The notes below the pieces were generated by a model. That model had not been told where the DNA came from, ran no database searches, and saw only the letters and a list, made by a program, of their open reading frames with translations. 64,000 nt of DNA, taken from positions 320,912,001-320,976,000 of the forward strand of contig OZ024740.1 in NCBI GenBank assembly GCA_964016885.1. The letters run 5' to 3'. This DNA is from Eledone cirrhosa (Eukaryota). This document shows, piece by piece, positions 54,928-64,000 of the stretch; position 1 is the first letter of the stretch; each line of letters begins with the position of its first letter. A program made the translations under genes and the position numbers.

Positions 54928-55240
54928 GGCATATGGCTTAGTGGTTAGAGCATTGGCCTTGCAATCGAAAGGTTGTGAGTTCAATTCTCAGACCGGGTGA
55001 TGTGTTGTTTCCTTGCGCAAGAGACTTTATTTCACATTGCTCCAGTTTACTCAGCTGTAGAAATGAGATGATAGGGATTGGGGTCTCTATCATTCCACGG
55101 CAGGAAAAAAGCACCCAGCACTCACTGTAAATGAGGTTGGTGTTAGGAAGGGCATCCAGCTGTAGAAATCATGCCAGAATCAGTTCCTGTCCCACTCTTG
55201 CAAGCAGGGGAAAGCGGACGTAAAATGAAATGATGATGAA
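54928..55240 (+). mobile_element. tRNA-head SINE (second family), apparently full length, with RTE-type 3' tail ending in (TGA)n
   Basis: Near-identical to 2592-2905; ends CTTGCAAGCAGGGGAAAGCGGACGTAAAATGAAATGATGATGA, like the RTE tail at 11080-11125. Confidence 0.85.
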
Positions 55241-55333
55241 TGATGATATACACATATGTACATGTATAGTTTTTATGATATAACCTGCTGAAGGCTACAA
55301 ACCAGATCTGTGGTTGGTGCGTATACATGTATA

Positions 55334-55490
55334 AGGTGGCGAATTGGCAGAGTACTTAGAAAATCGGATAGAATACTTTGTAGTATTCACTCCGGGCCTC
55401 TGATCTCTTGATTCAAATCCAACCGAGGTTAACTTAGCTATTTTTTTCTTTCGAGATCCATAAATAAAGTACCTGCCCAGAGTCGATGTA
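55334..55490 (+). mobile_element. tRNA-derived SINE (first family); further diverged copies at about 58695-58812 (+), 60745-60870 (-) and 61700-61832 (+)
   Basis: GGTGGCGAATTGGCAGAG..TTCAAATCCAACCGAGGTTAACTT..AATAAAGTACC. Confidence 0.7.
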
Positions 55491-56532
55491 TCTCTTACTC
55501 CACTCCTCTCTCTCTCTCCCAATGATTGTTTTCGGACCTGGAGAGAAATGGGCTCCAACATGTTTAAAATGCTCAAGATACATATACCACGCAAGCGTCC
55601 ATCAGCAATTCAGGACGCATGGATGGATATGCATGCATGTTTACGTGTAAGCTGATGATGATGGAGGTGGTGGTGATATATATATATATATATATATATA
55701 TAATGTGTGTGTGTGTGTGTGTCTGATGGTAGTTAAGATGCTTCCATAGGCGGTATGCCGGTTGAGCACTCTATGTTCTTACAGAGCAGAGTGTGATATA
55801 ATATAAATACCCTATAATTGAACACATTTATTTATGTGTATTACTCTCCTTACTGCTATATATATATATATATATTTGTATCTGTGTGTGTAAATATTTA
55901 TGCATGGTGTGATATATATATATATATATACTACACTCACATCCTTGTGTGTATAGTATATATTTGCAATCAGGAAACCAACTCGTACGATTTTTTAATG
56001 TTTATATCTTGTAAAATTGACCAGTATTTGCTGAATTTCCGAGGCGTATGAGCAAAACATCTAGTAAATTCTGAACTACCGAATACTATCTAAATGAAAC
56101 TCAGACTAAATAAATGTTTATTTTTAAGTTATCGTGTACAAGTTTTTAAAGATGAAACTTAATTTGGCTCTCTTACTGTTAAGGCGAGGTAATAAATTTC
56201 TGTAATGCCATATGGAAAGTCTAGTGACAATAGGTTACATTGACATAACCAGTGAAAAGCTTTCGTAGGTTTTTCCTTGCTATTAATTTATTTTTATACT
56301 CTAAAATATTGCTTCTTCGGAAAGTATTAGAAAAGGGGAAAACATTAGAGCTGCTACTTTTGTTCTGGTAGAATTCCATTGATTACCTCCCCTTTGAAAG
56401 CAGGTGCTCTCCGATGTTGTACTTGACCTTGGTGAGCTGTGATGGCGAGCTTTTTCTGTATTAGCGACTGATTTGGGATATCCCGACTGATTCTCAGAGA
56501 AACGTCTTCAGCCACCTCGCAATCTTAAGAAA

Positions 56533-56553
56533 ATGACAACTACTGACAATCAA
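56533..56553 (+). CDS. Candidate alternative first coding exon of the Raf gene (MTTTDNQ)
   Basis: AAAATGA start context, 7 codons, then phase-0 CAA|GTATTT, in frame with exon 2. Lies in about 1.7 kb with no recognisable transposon remnants and a locally more GC/CpG-rich patch upstream. No homology support. Confidence 0.4.
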
Positions 56554-58210
56554 GTATTTATATATTTGAAACCTTTGTGTGTTTCTTTTGCTTCATTTTA
56601 GTATTCAACCAGTGTCTCTATTAATGTATGTTTTTATGTGATATATATATATGCCTGTTGTGTAAGTATGGGGGTGTTCTCTCCTATATGTAGGCATGGT
56701 CAGTATGTAAGTTATTATTGATATCTTTAGTTGTTCACTTGTTGATAGATCAATTAATCAAGTACATTGTCTAATTTATCATTTTTCTTTTCCTTTCTCG
56801 TTTCCGTTAAAATTTTGCTATATATATATGTTCATGAGGTAAACCTGCTTCTCATACTCGTTTCATGCCAATACTATGTTTATGTTGAGCTAATTTTATG
56901 TCATTGTAAACTAAAATAATGAGTTCAATTAAATGTTTTATGTTTATTAAGAATAATATTGTCTTTCAATTAAAACCTTATTTATAAATCACAATCTTTC
57001 AATTTCTTCAGTTGCTGTCGTCTTATGTTTGTAAAGTTATTGGAAAATCCTACATAGTGTTGCCTCCCTCCCCAACTAGTAGTCGTATTGATTTTGCTAT
57101 CGTATAACTTAGATAAAAGAAAGCATAAAATTAAGTGTTTGATAGCAAATTAAAAATAAATATATAAATAAAGAGAACGATATATTTGATGACGTTAAAA
57201 CATTTGAGAATAGAGAGTGCAATAGATAAGGAAAATTGTTGATTATATAGTTTTATTTTCATCGATGTAGGCTACAAATGAGTTTTATTGTTGTCATTAA
57301 TTGATGATGCAAATAGAATTTAAATTTTATTCAGTAAGGATTTTTTTAACTATTGATTGCTATATTTAATGTAGGCTTAAGATAAATAGAAAGGGGGTTA
57401 AACAAATTTAGTTTCTGAAAGTTTCAATGGCAATCGAAAAGAGAAAAAAAAAAAATCATTCGTTTTTTATTGTTTACTACTAATCAATTCTTCGATTTGG
57501 ATATTAAAAAAAAAATCAAAATATGTTTTTGATTTATTGTGATTCGATATATTTCTTTTGTAATTAGTTAAAATAAATATTAAATATAACTTTATATCTC
57601 ACGCTTTTAATATATCTTAAGAACTATTTTCATATCAAATTTGGGGTATTTTTTATTATTAAAAATGTCATTGTTTGTCTAGTTTAACTTCCTAAGCTGT
57701 TAATACAGGCTGGAACTTGGGACATGGATATTACAGATTACAGAAAAATACAGTGAAATAGAAACTGACCGCTAATGTAAACATAGTCATACCACACTTG
57801 TTAGATTGCTGATGACATTGAGTACACAGGCGAAACTCCCTTGGCCATACTAAAAAAAAGTGTCCGGCTGGATCCTCAAGCGAGACCAGCCAAGCTCATG
57901 GATGTTATCCAATCATTTTGCTTGGGGTCTCCTGTTGGTTGGTTTTGCCTGTAAAATCTCTCCAGCGATTCTTTCCTATCTTTTTAAATCAATTTATCTT
58001 TTTAAAATGACTGTTTTTTATAGTGTGTGGGTTTGGTGGGGATGATTGAATATAATAACAATTAGGTTTATTGGAGAAATAACTTAAGAAGCACCAAAAA
58101 TATTGATCAGCTAACTGACTTAGGGCATTTTAAATTAGAAAAAAAAAAATCTTAATTTCTGTGAAATTTAAAGTTTTCCTTTTGTTTTTTTTTTCCACAA
58201 TTTATTTTAG

Positions 58211-58312
58211 TTGAAAAACATTCGAAATGTCATTCGATTAACCAAAGAAAAACTTGAAGATATGAACAAAGAGTTTGGTAAACACCAGCACCCACATCCA
58301 TTATATATTCAG
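58211..58312 (+). CDS. BRAF: Raf (B-Raf-type) kinase, coding exon 2, BRS region (LKNIRNVIRLTKEKLEDMNKEFGKHQHPHPLYIQ)
   Basis: T-rich tract ending TTTATTTTAG|, 102 bp open frame, donor CAG|GTTTGT. Aligns without gaps to human BRAF [34 protein letters not shown] (also 34 codons). Absent from the ORF track because it is short. Confidence 0.93.
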
Positions 58313-59283
58313 GTTTGTATTTAGCATTCATCCATTTTCATTGTTTCTGTTGTGCTTTAGTTATATGTGTTTATTTTATATAAGTTAGTGGAAGGAGTAA
58401 GTTATAACCTTTAAAGTCCCCCAGGCTTTTGATGCTGATATAGTTGATGTTCAGTTTAAACGTCTGTTGGTTGATGACTACAGGGAATTCCAAAGGTTTA
58501 ATTTGAAAAGATTGGAAAAAGTGTTTAATGCAAGATCTGGAGACACAATGTTAGTGTAAAGATTAGATGTGTGTATTAAGTAGGCTTCAATGAAAGTGAT
58601 TAGCATATAGTTAGTTCAGAGGAAAAGATGCTGTTATAACAGTGGTAAACGAGGCAGAGAGAGAACAACAGCATGTGTTTTATATTACACTTTTGGCAAA
58701 TTGGCAGAGTCGTTAGAACATAACTGTTCCAGCTCCTAACACTCTGTTTCAATTCCACCGAGGTCAACTTTCCCTTTCATACTTCTAGGGTTGATATAAA
58801 AAGTATCAGTCTAGGAGCAATGGATTTGCAGAATTGTTTGTCAGACAGGATGCTTTCTATTGTCTGCTTTGGTTCTGTGTGTTCTGGATTCAGATCCTGC
58901 CTTCTATCACTGGAAAAGTAATATCAAAGCTTCAATTTATGCAGTGTTGCCTGTACCTGAACTTGCAAACCATTAATTCTGAAACCATGCATAGTTCAAT
59001 GATACAAAGCTGTTTATATTTAAATTTTAAAGTGTTTATATTTAAATTATCTATCATAATTTAATGTATGAAATGTTTAAGTTATACTCCAAAAATATGC
59101 TTAATTATGAAAAAGTCGCATTACAAAATTTCTCCAAATGAAAAATTAATAGAAAATCATGGACTATATATTTTAGAAATATGGTAACAAAATAGTTAAT
59201 AAAGTTATTTGCTGATCACCAATAATTAGCAACAGCACTAACACCGATTGGTTTTGAATAAAAGCTTATACGAACCCATTATA

Positions 59284-59460
59284 CATCATCATCACCGTTT
59301 AACATCCATTTTACCTGCTAGCATGGCTTAGATGAGCTGTGCTGTTGTGAGACAAGCCAGGTTGGATGACTGTTTTGCTCATACAAAACTAATTTTGGGT
59401 TGGTTTCTACGATTGGATGCCCTTCCTAATGCCAACCACATTTACAGTGTGAACTGGGGG
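59284..59460 (-). mobile_element. Representative of an abundant short retroposon module (GGTTGGCATTAGGAAGGGCATCCAGCTGTAGAAAC...GCATGGAAAA.GGA.GTTAAA(TGA)n); other copies near 3040(-), 3770-4010, 10490, 13860, 14270(-), 15430, 53695, 59900(-), 62790(-)
   Basis: The same motif recurs ten or more times on both strands, usually linked to a (TGA)n/(TCA)n tail. Confidence 0.75.
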
Positions 59461-60913
59461 CTTGTCGTGACAGCTACACAGTCACCTTACAGTGTGGACT
59501 TCTATATAGTCTCGCTGCATTTTAAGCTGTAATCATATCACAGCTACCTCAATATCTGCGTAAGAGCAGTGTATATTTCAGGATTTCTTAAACAATCATC
59601 AGCAAATGTTAACTTATGCTGAGACAGAAAAAATATATCTTCCATCATCATCATTTAAATTCCATTCCCCCTGCTAGCAAGGATTGAATGGGTTGTCACA
59701 GACCAAGTCAGTACTTAAGAGGAGTTACTGATTACTCAGCTGGATTGGGGGCATGCATCTCATGTGTTCCTGCACTATACCAAATGTTTAGACAAACTTG
59801 GGGCCCACATCATGCTTACATACATTCCTGTGCTCTACCAAATACAGAAGCACTACAGAGGTTGTCATATCTTTGCTACAACTAAAGAGTCCTGTCTCTT
59901 TGACAGGTTTTCTACAGCTGGATGTTCTTCCTATCACCAACCACTTTACAGTGTATTGGGCATGTTTATCGGGTAGATCACCAACTTTGGGAAGTTGTCA
60001 TGTCCTTGACACAACTGAGGAGTCGTTATGGACCCTTGTTTGGCATAGGAAGGGCATCTGGCTGTGGAACCTATCACTCACCACCTTACATAATATCTTC
60101 TAATAATTATAATAGCATTTTCATCTGCTTTTTACAATCTGGTGATTGTCAATACATTCCCTACTACAAACATGAGTAGAATATTTATCAGTTTCTATGT
60201 CCATTTTAAAATATGGTACAGATCTCCATATGACTAAGCACTGAGCAGTGGGATCTATGTTTAAGTGGAATGTAAACAAATATCACTGCCTGCATCATCA
60301 AATGAAAAGAGAAATAACAAACAACAAGTGTTTTGTGACGATTTTTCCGTTTGAGCAGGGAAGTATCCATGTAAGGCCTTATGACAGTCATTATACAGAT
60401 CACGGTCCTTTTTGAGGCAATGTTTTATGATCAGATGTTCTTCCTAGTGCCAACTCTTTTAGTCATGTCTTACAGTATGCAAGGTTATGGTGTACCTATT
60501 CTATGATTTTGGTTTTAATGTAATAGACGTACACAAAATCAACTCAAAAGTTAAACTATGCAAAAAAATTTTTTTTTTTTACTGTTTAGTCATCAGGAAT
60601 AGACAGGCAGGGGCCATGACTCTTACTAGAGCCTCTGAGATTGGTGGAAGATGGATACCTAACTCAAATGATTTTAACTGAGTGGACTCAACTAAAAACA
60701 CTCAAGATAGTTATGTGAAACAGGGCAGTAAATTAAATCTAAGAAGGCCACCACAGAAAGTAAAGAGCTGAACCAAATACTACATCTCATTCAACATTCT
60801 AACAATCTTACCAATCTACCACCCTCGACTGTTACTTCATTTTATCCACCCTGAAAGGTGTAATTGACCTAGTCATAATATTTTGAGCATTAACAAGTTT
60901 TGTGTTAATTATA

Positions 60914-61165
60914 TTAACCCTTTTGATACCAAGCCACCCCTAGTTGTAAGATATAATACTGTAAATTTTAAAGTATTTATCTAAAAACCTTCCATCATAA
61001 TTTTTAAGTTATGTTTCAAGGATCAACTTAATGAGAAAGTTATTTTACTAAATCTCTCCAAATTCCAGATTATAATTTTGAAAATAATTATTTTCAAAAT
61101 TATTTTTTGGAAATCCTAGGACAGTGATTCTTTTATTAGAAATTTGGTCAGAAAAGTGTTTAGTT
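60914..61165. mobile_element. piggyBac-type MITE, same family as the outer element at 13250
   Basis: TTAACCCTTTTGATACCAA..AAAACCTTCCATCATAATTTT..ATTAGAAATTTGGTCAGAAAAG. Confidence 0.55.
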
Positions 61166-62059
61166 GGATAGTTGTGACTGATGTCGTTAATTCTATGAAG
61201 TTTTCTTTGATGACTTGTTTACTACCTCCAGTAAAAGGTGGTGGGTTATACTTTAGAGAGAGAGAGAACTAATCCATTGATGAACAGATAACAGTGAAGT
61301 GTGTGGCCTAGTGATTAGAGTGTTGGACTCACAACCACAAGGCTGTTGCTTCGATTCCTAGACAGTATGGCATGTTGTGTTCTTTTCATGCTGTACCTGC
61401 AATTGGTGGTTAATCCCTGCAAAGGGAGCTTTCTCATCAAATGCAAATTAAAAGATTTTCTGTTCATTTTTACTTTAAAGTGTTTCTGTAGATTTGAAAA
61501 GCAATATGTTTATTTTAAGAGTAGAGAAGAAATATTTTTGGTGAAGGGAATTATTAATATCTGAAGGATATCATTTGTAGTAGAAATATATGAATAACCT
61601 CTCATCCATCATTCCATTTCTCCCTGTTCACTCTACCATATTGTGTAATAAGAGATGGTATTGAGTCTCTCTATCTTCAATTCCTAAGGCATCACATTGT
61701 CTGAGTTGTTGGAACATTGGATAGAATGCTTTGTAACATTCATTCCAGCTTTATGCACCCTGAGTTCAAATCTCACTGAGGTCAGATTTGCCTTTCATCC
61801 GTTTGAGGTTGATAAAAAAAAAATACCAGTCTAGTATGGAGTTGATTCTTCTTCTATATCTCCTTACTTCCTCTCTCTCACTCTCTCCCTTTCTTTCTTT
61901 GAAAGAAATCGGTTGTGTTCACAAAGGTGTCCCTACCACTCCATTAAGACTTATGGGTCCATGAATGGATATTCCATTCCTACCCACTATCACCCTTCAT
62001 CACTCTACTTCTCTCTTATGATATCTATGTAATGGGAGATGGTATCAGAACTGTTCATA

Positions 62060-62250
62060 TTCTCTCTCCTCTACTATTATCACAATTTACTACTAACCAC
62101 CATTCTTTCTCCTCTATTATCACCACAATTTACTACTAACCACCATTCTCTCTCCTCTACTGTCATTACAGTTTACAACTAGCCATCATTCTCTCTTCTT
62201 CATTTAATCCCCACCACTGTCACCACAATTTACTGCCATCATTCTGTGCC
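62060..62250. repeat. Diverged tandem repeat, about 45-bp unit (TTCTCTCTCCTCTACTATTATCACAATTTACTACTAACCACCA), 3-4 copies
   Basis: Read directly. Confidence 0.75.
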
Positions 62251-63362
62251 CCTGTATCACCTGTCATTAACATCCACTACTTTTTCTTACCGTCGCTCAG
62301 ATCTATTGCTATCCATCACATTGTTTTTGATCATCACCTTGCACTACACTCTTTGTTGACATGCATCACTCTGTCTCCTCCAGTATGTAACGGCCTATCA
62401 CTGTCTCTCTTATATTACTCCCTCCCATATCTGTCCTTCTCTTGCTGTGTTACCTCCATCATATTCATAATCTGAGATTCAGCTATGAGACCAAGGATGT
62501 CTGCATACAGGAGTTTGTAGAGACAACCAATTTTAAACTCTTCTTTGATCTAAATGTTAAATTCCTCACTGAACTCATTACTAAATCTCACTTTGCTGAC
62601 AGCATCTCTATAAATGGCTCTAACATTCATTTACATCTTGTTTACTTAATGACCACCTGTTACTCTGTCAAAGACTCTCTCCAGGTTAATGAATTCTTGA
62701 TATTGGGACTTATTCTTTGCTAAAAATGTCTGTTGTGTCACTAAGAAGAAGGTATCAGTGGTGCCCTGACATGACACAAACCCAAATCATCATCATCTTT
62801 TTCCATGTTTTCCATGCTGGCAAAAGTTGGACTGGTTGTGACAGAAAGGTTAGGGAAAGCACATCTTGTTCATATGTTACATATTTTGGCAAAGGTGTTT
62901 ATGGCTGGAGGCCCTCCATAATGCCAATCACTTTGCTGAGTGTACTAGATGCATTTTATTGTTGCACCAACACTATCACTTTATAGACTGTACTGGGGTC
63001 ATTTTATCAAGGCACTACTGCTACCACTTTGCTGAGTGTACTGGGTCCATATTATCATTTCACCATCACTACCAAATTATATGTTATTCGTGATAATTTT
63101 CCTTACTTTCATAACTTGATTCATCACTTTGATGCCTCTCATTCTCACATTGGTAAATCTCTCTCCTTGTTAAGTGAACTTGACATCTGGCTTCTCTTCT
63201 CGCAACCTATTATTCCTTGCACCACCCCTCTAATTTTCCCAGTCCCAGATCTGTTCGTCATGGCAACGACACCAGTGAATATTATGATGGTGGTGATGTT
63301 GATGTCATTTTTCTGCTCTGTTGACAGTGTATAGTGATTATAACAGATTTTTGTAAATAAAT

Positions 63363-63553
63363 TTAACCCTTTAGCATTTCAATTACTTTATATATACTAT
63401 TGTATACAATTTTTACTTCACATAATATGGAATCTATGAGATTTTGATATTATTTATTTTGACAATACTTTAACATCAGTATGAGTGGCCAGTTTGAACA
63501 GAGAAAGGTGAGAATTCTTGCTGGACACAGCTGGTTTAAATGCTGAAGGTTAA
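63363..63553. mobile_element. piggyBac-type MITE, same family as 13373-13605
   Basis: TTAACCCTTTAGCATTT ... AAATGCTGAAGGTTAA; shared interior TAACATCAGTATGAGTGGC..GAACAGAGAAAGGTGAGA. Confidence 0.75.
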
Positions 63554-63644
63554 AATTCCTGTGGCGGGTGGTTGTAACTGCTATAGATATTTTCTTTCGA
63601 TATGTATTTTTAGTAACTGAATTGTGTGTTTCTTTTTCCTGCAG

Positions 63645-63872
63645 GAATATGAACAACTTACAAACAAAATTCATGATTTCCAGTTAAAAGAGCAGCAGCT
63701 GTTAGATAAAGTGTTTATTCCGTCAAGTGAAACTGAAGATGAAGAAGACGAAGAAGAAGAAGAGAAGTTACCTTCACCTACCAACAGTTCCACATCTAGT
63801 CCAAAGCTGCTATTGAAATCTCCTGTCAGGTCCACCATAAAGGTATTACTCCCTAATGCACAATTCACACGG
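63645..63872 (+). CDS. BRAF: Raf (B-Raf-type) kinase, coding exon 3: end of BRS, acidic/Ser linker, first strands of the Ras-binding domain; gene continues beyond the window
   Basis: Acceptor TTTTTCCTGCAG|, 228 bp, donor CGG|GTGAGT. EYEQLTNKIHDFQLKEQQLL matches BRAF [20 protein letters not shown], and KSPVRSTIKVLLPNAQFTR matches KSPQKPIVRVFLPNKQRTV. Confidence 0.93.
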
Positions 63873-64000
63873 GTGAGTTAGCTTTTTCTTCTTCCTTTTT
63901 CCTCCTCCTCCTTCCTCATCATCGTCATCATCATTTAATGTCTGTTTTCCACTGTTAGCAACGGTAAGGAGGGTCATTAGAAACCAAGTCAATACTTAGT

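Overview
AT-rich animal genomic DNA; the repeat families look like those of Octopus or another coleoid cephalopod (inferred, not verified). The window holds the 5' end of a B-Raf-type Raf kinase gene on the + strand. Three phase-0 coding exons (1145-1252, 58211-58312, 63645-63872) splice into a 146-aa N-terminus covering the BRAF-specific (BRS) helical region and the start of the Ras-binding domain. Intron 1 is about 57 kb, and about 35 kb of it (16170-50844) is one tandem array of a 52-bp monomer (about 670 copies) with nested higher-order repeats of roughly 0.93, 1.5, 1.9, 3.1 and 8.2 kb. A candidate alternative first exon (MTTTDNQ, 56533-56553) lies just downstream of the array and would bypass it. 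The rest is degraded RTE and CR1 LINE fragments, tRNA-derived SINEs, a non-autonomous Helitron, nested piggyBac-type MITEs, a small mariner-like palindrome and several mini- and microsatellites. Nearly all ORFs in the supplied track are repeat artefacts. There is no CRISPR array or other prokaryotic system.
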